This document shows positions 55,403 through 64,000 of a stretch of DNA of 64,000 nucleotides, piece by piece; the first letter of the stretch is position 1; the number at the start of each line of letters is the position of its first letter. Location: positions 1,664,001 to 1,728,000 of the forward strand of contig CBDCWG010000012.1 in assembly GCA_965223345.1 (NCBI GenBank), read 5' to 3'. This DNA is from Nitrospinales bacterium. GTDB taxonomy: Bacteria > Nitrospinota > Nitrospinia > Nitrospinales > VA-1. A model generated the notes under the pieces. The model was given only the letters and a program-made list of their open reading frames with translations. It searched no databases and was not told where the DNA came from. Both the position numbers and the translations under genes were made by a program.

Positions 55403-56968
55403 TCAGTAGTGAATGTTGGCCGCGATGTCGCGGGCTTTTTTGAGTGTCTGTTTTTTGTTGGCGATGGTCAGGTTCTTCAGGACCATGTGCGCGAACTGCA
55501 GGCTGGAATCGATGTCCTTGCCGGTGGTTGCGCCGTGTTCGACAAGATACTTGTCCAGCTCGGTGGTCTGCAGCCGAATCGACGGGGACTGGAAGTTTCC
55601 GTTTATTTTCGGTGTGGGCCCGTTTTTACGCTCCTCCGGAGTCAGCTCCTTGACGATCTTGATTTCCGGAACGATGCCGTGTTCGGTGATGTCGATGCCG
55701 GAGGGTGTGAAATATTTCGACGTGGTGAGCCTGAGGCCGGAACCGTCGCTGATGCGGAAGATGGTCTGCACGGAACCTTTGCCGTAGGAGTTTTCGCCGA
55801 TGATCAGGGCTTTGCCCGAATCGCGCAGCGCTCCCGCCACGATCTCGGACGCACTGGCGCTGTGCCGGTTGATGAGGATCACCACGGGCATGTGCAGCAG
55901 GCTGTTGCGGTACTGCGCCCGGTATTCCTTATAGTCGCTCTTGCGCCGGCCCTGGGTGTAGACGATCATGCGGCCGCGGTAGAGAAAATGGCTCGCCACC
56001 TTGACCGACTGGTTCAACAGGCCGCCGGGGTTGTCTCTCAGATCGACGATGAACGCCTTGACCCCGTCGCGCTTCGCCTGTGCCAGTCCTTCCTTGAGCT
56101 GGTCGTTGGTCTGCTTGGAAAAACTGGAGATCTTGAGATAGCCGATGTTGTCCTTGCGGGTCTCGTAGGTCACCGTCTCGATGGCGATGATCTCGCGGGT
56201 CAGGGTGTAGGTTTTTTCCTTGTTGCTGCTGGGGCGCAGCAGCGTCACCGACACCTTGGTGTTCGGATAACCGCGCAGCATCTCGGCCAGGTCGTGGATC
56301 TGCAACCCGGTCACATCTTTGCCGTTCACTTTCACGAACACGTCGTCCGACAGGATGCCGGAGCGCCGGGCGGGGCCGTTTTTCATGGTCTTGACCACCA
56401 TGAGCTTTTTGTCCTTCATGGTGACGATCATGCCCAGCCCGCCGTACTTGCCTTCGGTGTCGCGCATGGACTTGTCGAACGCGGATTTGTCCAGGTACTG
56501 GGAATAGGGGTCCAGCGAGTTCATGATGCCGATGATGGCGGCGGTCTCCAGGTCCTGTTTCGAGTGCTTGCCGCGGGATTCGTCGAGCAGGAAGTAATAC
56601 ACCTTCTTGAACGAGGACATGTCGTGCGCCGGGTCGTAATTCAGGTCGTAGCTCACCTCCAGCTTGGAACCCTTGATGGACTGGCCGATGGAGGTCTTTT
56701 TCACCACCAGGCTGTCGCGGCCGATCATGGTCAGCATTTCGTCGATCGCCGCCGAGAACAACTTCTTATAATCGGGGGGATAGACGTATTTTTCCGCGAT
56801 CAGGTCCACCACCTCGTCGAACAGCTCGAGATCGTCGTTGAAAAATCCGGCGTGCGCCGAGGGCACGAGCGGATTATCGGACTTGAGGCCGGTGGGTGTG
56901 AGCAGCAGAACGCCTGCAAAAACGAGCGCTACGAGGGTCAGCCAACCTTTAGAGTGGATTTTCGGCAT
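55403..56968 (-). CDS. S41A carboxy-terminal processing protease (PDZ)
   Basis: LDPYS.Y, GLG, PDZ, DLRDNPGGLL, SASASEIVAGAL.D, YGKGSVQ, I...GI.P. Confidence 0.95.
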   Translation of the reverse strand: MPKIHSKGWLTLVALVFAGVLLLTPTGLKSDNPLVPSAHAGFFNDDLELFDEVVDLIAEKYVYPPDYKKLFSAAIDEMLTMIGRDSLVVKKTSIGQSIKGSKLEVSYDLNYDPAHDMSSFKKVYYFLLDESRGKHSKQDLETAAIIGIMNSLDPYSQYLDKSAFDKSMRDTEGKYGGLGMIVTMKDKKLMVVKTMKNGPARRSGILSDDVFVKVNGKDVTGLQIHDLAEMLRGYPNTKVSVTLLRPSSNKEKTYTLTREIIAIETVTYETRKDNIGYLKISSFSKQTNDQLKEGLAQAKRDGVKAFIVDLRDNPGGLLNQSVKVASHFLYRGRMIVYTQGRRKSDYKEYRAQYRNSLLHMPVVILINRHSASASEIVAGALRDSGKALIIGENSYGKGSVQTIFRISDGSGLRLTTSKYFTPSGIDITEHGIVPEIKIVKELTPEERKNGPTPKINGNFQSPSIRLQTTELDKYLVEHGATTGKDIDSSLQFAHMVLKNLTIANKKQTLKKARDIAANIHY

Positions 56969-57047
56969 CAATATTGTCCCCAGTGGAATCGAATTGAGAC
57001 CTCAAATAGAGGTGTGCATGTAATCCTTAAAAGACTGCTTGTTTGGG

Positions 57048-57677
57048 TCACGATTTCCCATTATAACCTAAAACGTCTTGAAAAATAAGGTCTAAATTGT
57101 CCGTCATCTTATCGACGTCGCCGGCGGTGAGGCTGGGGACCACCTTGAGCACGTCGTTGATGATGATGGTGGGCGTTTCGCTGGCTTTGTACTGCTCCGC
57201 CAGATCCAGGGACTTCTGCACCTTGGCCTGGATCTTACTCGACTGCATGCCGTCCTGCATCTCCTGGGCCACGCCGTGATCCTTGGCGAGAAAGCGGATG
57301 ACTTTGGGCTGGAAGATGTTGATGTTGAGCTTGAAGTTGGTGTCGAACAGCTCCTTGGTGAACTTTTCCTCGATGCCGAGCCCGTCTGCGATGTAAAACG
57401 CCCGCGCCGGGTAGGGGGTCTGGTTGCCCCAGTAGATCGGGTATTTCTTGTGGTGGAGCTTGTCCTTGTATTTTTCGTGCAGCCGTTTCGAGGCTTCCAG
57501 GAAACGGTAGCAATGGCCGCAGGAGTAGTTGAAAAACTCCAGCATTTCGATCGATTTGGCGCCCTTTAAGGTCTTGATGTCGCCGATCACCTCGTATTTC
57601 CCCCGGATCTTGTCTCCGGCTGTCACCACACCCGGAAACAGCAGGATGGACACAAGGAGGGCCGTGAAATATCTCAT
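57048..57677 (-). CDS. DsbA-like thiol:disulfide oxidoreductase
   Basis: Signal peptide; EFFNYSCGHC; TPT..IN. Confidence 0.9.
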   Translation of the reverse strand: MRYFTALLVSILLFPGVVTAGDKIRGKYEVIGDIKTLKGAKSIEMLEFFNYSCGHCYRFLEASKRLHEKYKDKLHHKKYPIYWGNQTPYPARAFYIADGLGIEEKFTKELFDTNFKLNINIFQPKVIRFLAKDHGVAQEMQDGMQSSKIQAKVQKSLDLAEQYKASETPTIIINDVLKVVPSLTAGDVDKMTDNLDLIFQDVLGYNGKS

Positions 57678-57720
57678 GAGATTCTCCTGATTCGCTTGCA
57701 GATTGTTGCTTCCTTCATCA

Positions 57721-59064
57721 TCAGTGCCGGATTTTCGGCCAGTAAGTGGAATAGTTGAAATTGGGGCTGTGGTTTTTCACATGGCATTTTTTACAAGCCT
57801 GTTTGGCGTCCAGACCGAAACCCTTGGACGGGGCCTGGGAATGCTTGAGGGCCGGTCCGTGGCACACTTCGCACTGTACGTTTTTCAGTTCGGCCGTGTC
57901 GATCTCGCTGATGAACCCGCCTTCCTCGTTGAGCCCGGTGACGTGGCACACCAGGCATTCCGGATCGAAGGCCTTGTTGATTTTATGCAGCGTGTCGTAG
58001 GCGTGTCCGTGACGGGAAGCGCTCCAGATCTTGTGCTGGTCCGGATGGCAGGTCTGGCATACTTTTTCGGTGGCGTAAATTTTCTTTTTGTCTTTGTTCC
58101 TCCGGGCCGTCAGGGATTCGAAAAAAAGCGCTTCGACTTCCTGATTGTATTGTTCGTATAACTTTACCATTTCCGGATCGAATGGGATAGCCGAATCCAG
58201 CCGCACCATCTTTTGCTCGAAGGAACGCTTGCCGTCCTTACCGATCGTGACCTTGAGCTCGCCCATTTTCTGCCCGCGCGGGCCCGGCTGCACCAGGATC
58301 TTGCCGTCCTTGATTTCCGGATTCATGTCGATTGTGTCGGTTTCTTTTTCGATGTGCCCGTTCACCACCACGTCCACCCCCGCAAGATCCAGGTACGCAC
58401 GGGCGTTTTCCCGCTGCATGTGGGTGAGCAGCACGATGAGATCGGGATTTTCATCCTTTTTGAGCTGCCCGACCAGCGATTGCACCACCGCCTGGGGGCT
58501 CTGCACCTGGTCGCCGGCATGGTGGGCGCTGTAGTAAATCTGCGGGTCGGCGACGGCGATCACCGCGGCTTTCATGCCGTTGGGAAACCGTTTGATGCGG
58601 AACTTGGGCAGGGTAAGCTGCTCGAAATCGAAGTTGCTCAACAGCCAGGGCACGTCTTCAGCTTTTTCGATCAACTCGTTGCCGTAGACGAAATCGTGCT
58701 CCCCCAGGGCCACGGCGTCGTACTGCATTTTGCGCATGGCCTCGATGAGAAAACGCGCCTTCAGCAGCCCCTGGCGGGTCGGTTCCTTGAAATTGTCGCC
58801 GGTGTCCACCAGCAGGAGATTCTGGGCCCGTTTGCGGACGTCTTTGAAATAGCTCATGCGCCGCTCGAAGCCGCCCTGGTCTTCCTCCTTGGCGCAGCCG
58901 CAGGGCTTGAGCTCGCCCAGCGTGTTTCCCGAATAGACGATCCAGATTTCGCCGGGGCCTTTGGGTGCGGGGGGTGCTTTGGAGTCCGAAAAGGACATTT
59001 TCCCGGCGGTGCAGCCCAGCACTCCACACAGGATCAGGATGGACAGGCTGAGAAGTTTCGACAT
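57721..59064 (-). CDS. Lipoprotein: UshA/5'-nucleotidase-like N-domain with PCGC fused to tetraheme cytochrome c
   Basis: Lipobox VLGC; GELKPCGC..GG..RR, VDTGD, YDAVALGEHD, LLTH, GH; four CXXCH (CQTCH, CLVCH, CEVCH, CKKCH). Confidence 0.88.
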   Translation of the reverse strand: MSKLLSLSILILCGVLGCTAGKMSFSDSKAPPAPKGPGEIWIVYSGNTLGELKPCGCAKEEDQGGFERRMSYFKDVRKRAQNLLLVDTGDNFKEPTRQGLLKARFLIEAMRKMQYDAVALGEHDFVYGNELIEKAEDVPWLLSNFDFEQLTLPKFRIKRFPNGMKAAVIAVADPQIYYSAHHAGDQVQSPQAVVQSLVGQLKKDENPDLIVLLTHMQRENARAYLDLAGVDVVVNGHIEKETDTIDMNPEIKDGKILVQPGPRGQKMGELKVTIGKDGKRSFEQKMVRLDSAIPFDPEMVKLYEQYNQEVEALFFESLTARRNKDKKKIYATEKVCQTCHPDQHKIWSASRHGHAYDTLHKINKAFDPECLVCHVTGLNEEGGFISEIDTAELKNVQCEVCHGPALKHSQAPSKGFGLDAKQACKKCHVKNHSPNFNYSTYWPKIRH

Positions 59065-59457
59065 GCTTTCTACCTGAAGCGGGCCTTCTGTGACGGTCAG
59101 GCCCGCCGGGTGAACGGGGAGGAAACAGCGTGCCCCGATTGAACGAAGGTGTCTTAAGCTTATCTAATAATAGAGCGTTGCAGCGTTTGCGCTTAAGGCT
59201 TTACCTCAAGCGTAGCGGCCCCGGATCGGATATCAAACTACTGGCGCACCCGTCCGGATAAACAATATTACCCGTTTGCTTTTTCCGGTGGCAAGTTTTA
59301 TATATCGGGCCTATTCAAGCAATTATACCGCATCCTGAGGCCTCTTTGCTGCGCCCTGCGGCGACTTGCCAGAAACTCGGCAGACTGGTAATTCCAGAGC
59401 AAATCTCTATAATTTCTGCATGGATCAAACGGATTGGCGTGCGTTTGAGGTGAACAG

Positions 59458-60138
59458 ATGAAGAGCTTAGGTTTTATCAGGATTTTGGCGGCGGGTGTCC
59501 TCGTGGCGGCGTTGAGTTTCGCCACATGGGGCGCGGCCATGACGGAAGGATCGCAACAGCTGATCGCAGCCGTGGCCCAAAACGATCTATCAACGGTCCG
59601 GCAACTCGTTAAGCAGGGCGTGAACGTGGACAGCCGGGACGAACAGGGTCGCACCGCCTTGCTCGTGGCGGTTGCCGGGAACCATATCGACATCGCACAA
59701 TTTTTGATCGATTCGGGCGCCGACGTGAACGCGCAGGATAACCGGCTCGACAGCCCCTTGCTGCTGGCCGGAGCCGAAGGGACCCTTGAGATTTTACAGA
59801 TGATCCTGCAGGCCGGTCCGGATTTCAGCCTCTACAATCGTTTCGGCGGAACGCCTTTGATTCCGGCCTGCGAACGGGGGCACGTGGAGGTGGTGAAGAC
59901 CCTGCTCAAGACCGATGTGGATATCGACCATGTGAATCATTTGGGCTGGACCGCTTTGTTGGAAGCCATCGTTCTGAGTGAGGGAGGTCCGGATCATCAG
60001 AAAATCGTGCAAATGCTGGTCGATGCGGGTGCGGATGTGACGATTGCGGATAACGACGGGGTCAGCCCGCTGCAGCATGCCCGGCAAAAAGGGTTTGCCG
60101 AAATTGTCCGGATTCTGCAATCTGCGGGAGCGAAGTGA
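59458..60138 (+). CDS. Secreted ankyrin-repeat protein
   Basis: GRTALLVAV, GADVNAQD, GGTPLIPA.ERGH, GWTALLEAI, GVSPL.HA. Confidence 0.92.
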   Translation: MKSLGFIRILAAGVLVAALSFATWGAAMTEGSQQLIAAVAQNDLSTVRQLVKQGVNVDSRDEQGRTALLVAVAGNHIDIAQFLIDSGADVNAQDNRLDSPLLLAGAEGTLEILQMILQAGPDFSLYNRFGGTPLIPACERGHVEVVKTLLKTDVDIDHVNHLGWTALLEAIVLSEGGPDHQKIVQMLVDAGADVTIADNDGVSPLQHARQKGFAEIVRILQSAGAK

Positions 60139-60225
60139 TAGGGATTCCGGGAGCGCGGGGTGTGCGCTTTGAATTTCCCGCAAAAGCGGAGTATGATGGA
60201 GGATCACACGCGCAGCCGGAAAACC

Positions 60226-61122
60226 ATGCGAAAATCTGAAATCCACATGCATTCCACCTATTCGGACGGGGAATACCCGCCTGAAAAACTGGTGCGTATC
60301 GGCGAGGCAAACGGGGTCTCGATCCTGTCGCTCACCGACCACGACACGTTCGAGGGCATCCCAGAATTCCTCAAGGCGGCGGAGAACACCGGGATCCACG
60401 CGTTTCCGGGGATCGAGATCACCACCCGCTACCGGGGCCGCAACCTGCACCTTTTGGGCTATTTCGAGTCTTTGGAGGCGATCGACCCGGAGTTGATGAC
60501 GCGGGTGGCCGAGATGTCGGCAAAACGCGAGAAGCGCATGCGTCAGATGGTGGAGAAGATCAACGCCGTGGTGCCGGAAGAATTCCGCGGCAGCATCCTG
60601 TTCGAGAACGTCCGCCGCGCGGCGGAGGGCGTGCTGGCCCGGCCGCATCTGGCGCGCGAGATGGTGCGGCTCGGCATTGTGTCCTCGACCAGCGCCGCCT
60701 TCGAAAAATACCTGGTGCAGTACAACGTCGAGCGGGAGAACCTCGGCATCGAGACCGTCATCCGCCTCATCCGCCGTTCCGGCGGCGTGCCGGTGCTCGC
60801 CCATCCGGGGGAGCGCACCTACTCGCTGGTCAACCCGGCCAAGGGACGCAAGTACGAGGATGTGCCCGAACAACTGGAGGAATTGAAATCCTTCGGCCTG
60901 CTGGGGCTGGAATGCGTGTACCCCTATCACGAGAAGATCAACCGGGTGGACTATTACATCGATCTCGCCCGCAGCATGGACCTCATCGTCACCGGCAGCC
61001 GCGATTTCCACGGCTTCACCACCTTTCAGCAGCCCTCGCTGCTCGGCACCACTTCCCTGGACGACGGGTTTTTCGACCGCTTTCAGGATGTGTGGCGCTC
61101 AGCCGGCACCCTTTCCAATTAA
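60226..61122 (+). CDS. PHP-domain phosphoesterase (TrpH/YciV-like)
   Basis: H.HSTYSDG, LTDHDT, GIEI, HLLGY, RPH.A, LAHP, TG..DFHG. Confidence 0.92.
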   Translation: MRKSEIHMHSTYSDGEYPPEKLVRIGEANGVSILSLTDHDTFEGIPEFLKAAENTGIHAFPGIEITTRYRGRNLHLLGYFESLEAIDPELMTRVAEMSAKREKRMRQMVEKINAVVPEEFRGSILFENVRRAAEGVLARPHLAREMVRLGIVSSTSAAFEKYLVQYNVERENLGIETVIRLIRRSGGVPVLAHPGERTYSLVNPAKGRKYEDVPEQLEELKSFGLLGLECVYPYHEKINRVDYYIDLARSMDLIVTGSRDFHGFTTFQQPSLLGTTSLDDGFFDRFQDVWRSAGTLSN

Positions 61123-61131
61123 TCCATAAAC

Positions 61132-61782
61132 TCAGGGAGCGGCGCGGAACAGCCGCAGCATCCTGAGCGCTGCCTTTTTGTTGCCCTCGACGCGCACCGC
61201 GCCGGATTCCATTGCGTCGCGCGGATCGAGCTGCCCCATGCCCAGCCGCGACAGCACCGCCCCGTAGGTCGATAGCCGCGCCAGTGGGTCAGAAGCCGGT
61301 CCCAGGTCGATGTCGAGACGGCCGTCGTCCACGCGGATGGCGAACAGCGTTCCGTCCACCTTCAGTTCGTAGGTCGCCGTCAGTCCTTCCGCCCGCTCGG
61401 GCAGAAACGCCGCTTTCATCGCCACCAGAGTCCAGTGCGGCCGCGAGATCCCTTTGGGCCGTTTGCCGCCGAGGAAATGAAACCCCCACTTCACCAGTTC
61501 CAGCACCGCCGGTTCCAGCTTGCGCCCGAGCTCGGTGAGCTGATACACCGTTGCGCCCGCCGGCGGCGGCAGGTCGCCGCGCAGGATCACGCCGGACGCC
61601 TCCAGCTCCTTGAGGCGGGCGGACAGCAGATTGGTGCCCATCGAAGGCAATCCTTGCATCAGGTCCTTGAACCGCTTGGGTCCGGTCAATAGTTCGCGGA
61701 TCAATAGCAGCGACCAGCGCTCGCCGATGATGTCGAGGCTCAGGGCGAGGGCGCAATCCTGGTTGTAGCTGCGTTTGCTCAT
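61132..61782 (-). CDS. HxlR-family transcriptional regulator with C-terminal SCP2-like domain
   Basis: Y.Q.C.LA..LD.IGERW.LL.IREL..GP.RF, LS.RLK.L, Y.LT..G..L; SCP2-like tail. Confidence 0.92.
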   Translation of the reverse strand: MSKRSYNQDCALALSLDIIGERWSLLLIRELLTGPKRFKDLMQGLPSMGTNLLSARLKELEASGVILRGDLPPPAGATVYQLTELGRKLEPAVLELVKWGFHFLGGKRPKGISRPHWTLVAMKAAFLPERAEGLTATYELKVDGTLFAIRVDDGRLDIDLGPASDPLARLSTYGAVLSRLGMGQLDPRDAMESGAVRVEGNKKAALRMLRLFRAAP

Positions 61783-61805
61783 GGGCGATTCCTTAAGAAA
61801 AACGG

Positions 61806-61862
61806 TTGACGCCCTTCCATTTTAACTATATATTTTTAAAAAATACACTATATATTTTTAAA
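61806..61862 (+). promoter_or_regulatory. Sigma70 promoter overlapped by a 16-bp direct repeat (candidate operator)
   Basis: TTGACG-n17-TATATT; ACTATATATTTTTAAA at 61825-61840 and 61847-61862. Confidence 0.65.
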
Positions 61863-61878
61863 GCAAAGGAGGTCTCGC

Positions 61879-62298
61879 ATGAAGCACTTCCCAAAACAGG
61901 AGCGGTTTCTGCGCGCGTCCCTGGGGGCAAACGCTGTGTTTTCGGGCATTTCGGGCCTTATCCTCGCCGCCGGGCACCCTTATCTCTCCGCCTGGATGGG
62001 ATTCCAATGGCCGCTGGTGTTGATGGCGGTCGGTCTGATGCTGATCCTGTTCGCGGCGGACATCATCTATCTGCTGCACCAGCCGGTGCTCAAGCGCTGG
62101 TCGGCCGCAGGGATCATCGGCGGGGATCTGTTGTGGGTGGCGGCGAGCGGCGTGCTGCTGCTCGGTTACCCGCATCTCTTCAACGCGACGGGGCAGGCGG
62201 CGGTGCTCGGCGTGGCTTTGCTGGTGCTGCTGTTTGCGGAACTGCAGGCCTTCGGACTGTGGAAGGTGGCGAAAAAAGAGAGTACTGCGAGTGCTTAA
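61879..62298 (+). CDS. Four-TM membrane protein divergent from the HxlR regulator
   Basis: AAGGAGG RBS; four hydrophobic segments. Confidence 0.8.
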   Translation: MKHFPKQERFLRASLGANAVFSGISGLILAAGHPYLSAWMGFQWPLVLMAVGLMLILFAADIIYLLHQPVLKRWSAAGIIGGDLLWVAASGVLLLGYPHLFNATGQAAVLGVALLVLLFAELQAFGLWKVAKKESTASA

Positions 62299-62310
62299 AC
62301 ATGGAATTTA

Positions 62311-62390
62311 CCCTTTGACAGGCTCAGGGTGACACACAATTGTCATGCTGAGCTTGCCGAAGCATGAGCCTCGCGCAAAGACGCAAAGAA
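62311..62390. repeat. REP-like palindromic repeat A, copy 2
   Basis: CTTTGACAGGCTCAGGGTGACA-n6-TGTCATGCTGAGCTTGCCGAAGCATGAGCCTCGCGCAAAGACGCAAAGAA. Confidence 0.85.
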
Positions 62391-62419
62391 TATAGAGTGA
62401 AAATAGAATGAAAATAAAA

Positions 62420-62491
62420 AACCCTCAAGTCACCTTCAGTAATTTAATAAGCGAGTGTCGAGCTTGGCTCGACCTCCCCGGAGCGAGAGGG
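62420..62491. repeat. Repeat B, copy 2
   Basis: AACCCTCAAGTCACCTTCAGT...ATAAGCGAGTGTCGAGCTTGGCTCGACCTCCC...GAGAGGG. Confidence 0.85.
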
Positions 62492-62576
62492 CGGGCCGAG
62501 CATAGCTCGGTACCCGCTCATGATACTCTGAAGGTTGCTTGGTTGAGGGGGAAGAATGATCCTTCCTCTCAATCAC

Positions 62577-62858
62577 TCAATCGTTGCGGCTGGTGATCTC
62601 GATCAGGTGGAAGCCGAACTGGGTTTTCACCGGGCCGTGCACCTTGCCCACTTCTTCATTGAAAACCACCGTGTCGAACTCCGGCACCATCTGGCCGGGG
62701 TGAAACTCACCCAGCGTGCCGCCGTCCCGGCCCGAAGGGCACTTCGAGTGCTGCTTGGCCATGTCGGCGAAATCGGCGCCGCCTTCGATCTTGCTTTTCA
62801 AATCCGCGCATTCCTGTTCCGACCCGACGAGAATGTGCCGGGCGCTGGCTGTGGCCAT
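62577..62858 (-). CDS. ppiC: Parvulin PPIase PpiC
   Basis: ASARHILV, F..MAK.HS.CPSG..GG.LG.F..GQMV.EFD, GPVKTQFG.H. Confidence 0.95.
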   Translation of the reverse strand: MATASARHILVGSEQECADLKSKIEGGADFADMAKQHSKCPSGRDGGTLGEFHPGQMVPEFDTVVFNEEVGKVHGPVKTQFGFHLIEITSRND

Positions 62859-63042
62859 GGGAATTTCCTTTCCTTAAGGGACAACGTTAAACGTAGTGCC
62901 TGAAATGACTTATGTTAAAGCCGCGTAACGTTGGCGTTGAAATCGGTTGGGTTATCCCGTCACTGTAGCGCTGGGGGAAGGTTGTGTCAAGTTTGTGGGG
63001 GGAGAGGTATGCAGGGAGGTCGAAAAAAAATTTACCGTATTA

Positions 63043-63999
63043 TTACGGTTGCACACTTTTGGCCGGTGGCGGGGTTTGCCAGAAATCGCCGCGGCGGCCG
63101 ATTTCGCGGCCGAGGTCCAGCAGGGACCGCATGTAGTCGGGATCGAACTCGGTGCTTCGATCGGCTTCCACATCGTTGGGGATCGATATTTTTTTGAAAG
63201 CAATGCCATCCCGGCGCGCCAGGAAATAGATTTCTTCGATGTTGGAGTTTGCCTGGTTGCGAAGCAGGGTCTTCAGGGAGCGTTCCGCGATGTCGCTGAT
63301 CTTGACGGAAGCGGGCTCGTAAGCGTTTTGGGTATTTGCATTGAAGATCAGGTATATTTCCCGCCGAAACGTCAAGCCCAGGATCTCGTTGAAGCGGTCG
63401 ACATGGATTTGCGCCGGATAGACGAACACCTGACGGGACACGCCGCCGTCTACATGCAATTCGGTGAAACGTTTGCCGTCGATCTCCCACTCGATGGGGA
63501 TCGGCGGGAAGAGGACCGGAATCGCCGCCGAGGCGAGAATGATTTTGCGAATGAGCGGAACCGCCTCTTTGCCGCGCCGCGAGGCGATCGCCCCGATATC
63601 CCAAACCATCGGCCGCATGGCGTCAAAATGGGTCGTGACGATAAAGAGTTTGCGTCCGAGCTTTTCCTGTTCGGCGATCGCCTCAACGACCTCAGGCGTG
63701 ATGTAGGTCGCTAAAAGTTTTTTCAAAGGCGTGGTATCCGAAAGTGCCGATCCGAATATCATCCCGGCCAACGATTCCAGGCTAAACACTCCATCGCGGT
63801 CCACGTTGGAATACATCCTGATCAGTGTCGAATCGTAATCCGAGCCCAGGAAGGCAAAGGGGGCGATGATCGCTCCGGTGCTGACACCGGTCACGACTTC
63901 AAATTGCGGCCGTTTGCCGGATTCGGTCCAGCCCGCCAGGATGCCGGCGCCAAACGCGCCGTTCGCACCGCCTCCGGATATGGCGAGCAAGGCGCTCAC
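63043..63999 (-). CDS. Patatin-like phospholipase (5' truncated by window edge)
   Basis: SGGGANGAFGAG, GVSTG nucleophile motif, ASAAIP..FPP, DGG. Confidence 0.92.
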   Translation of the reverse strand: MSALLAISGGGANGAFGAGILAGWTESGKRPQFEVVTGVSTGAIIAPFAFLGSDYDSTLIRMYSNVDRDGVFSLESLAGMIFGSALSDTTPLKKLLATYITPEVVEAIAEQEKLGRKLFIVTTHFDAMRPMVWDIGAIASRRGKEAVPLIRKIILASAAIPVLFPPIPIEWEIDGKRFTELHVDGGVSRQVFVYPAQIHVDRFNEILGLTFRREIYLIFNANTQNAYEPASVKISDIAERSLKTLLRNQANSNIEEIYFLARRDGIAFKKISIPNDVEADRSTEFDPDYMRSLLDLGREIGRRGDFWQTPPPAKSVQP

Positions 64000-64000
64000 G

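Noticed and set aside
58895..58905. Selenocysteine recoding in the PCGC motif
   Set aside because: Both codons are TGC; there is no in-frame TGA, so this is a Cys form.

Overview
GC-rich bacterial chromosomal window, mostly housekeeping and envelope genes: plsY, a group-2-like sigma70, bamD, exbBD/tolQR, gltX, recG, relA/spoT, rpmB, flgM, mrp, a DHH-CBS tRNA nucleotidyltransferase, an S41 protease, ppiC, plus tRNA-Gly(GCC) and tRNA-Cys(GCA). The mix of small LRR proteins, DUF420, HmuY, a multiheme fusion and many lineage-specific secreted proteins suggests a Nitrospina-like organism; this is inference only. I saw no prophage, integrase, transposase or CRISPR array. Best leads: (1) four small hydrophobic ORFs (three below the ORF-track cut-off) around DUF420, near a membrane-anchored HmuY, at 11.5-14.8 kb; (2) three paralogous secreted proteins of unknown family with possible beta/gamma-crystallin-like motifs at 21.4, 29.8 and 30.4 kb, the tandem pair followed by a radical SAM with CX6CX3C spacing; (3) two palindromic repeat families that are adjacent at 62.3 kb but flank an ankyrin gene and an ephrin-receptor-like Cys-rich gene at 6.5-8.2 kb; (4) a candidate ~60-nt anti-Shine-Dalgarno sRNA at 32.1 kb; (5) a lipoprotein fusing a degenerate UshA-like domain with a PCGC motif to a tetraheme cytochrome c; (6) a solitary AT-rich Mrr-like nuclease. 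All product calls come from motif recognition by eye; no database searches were run.
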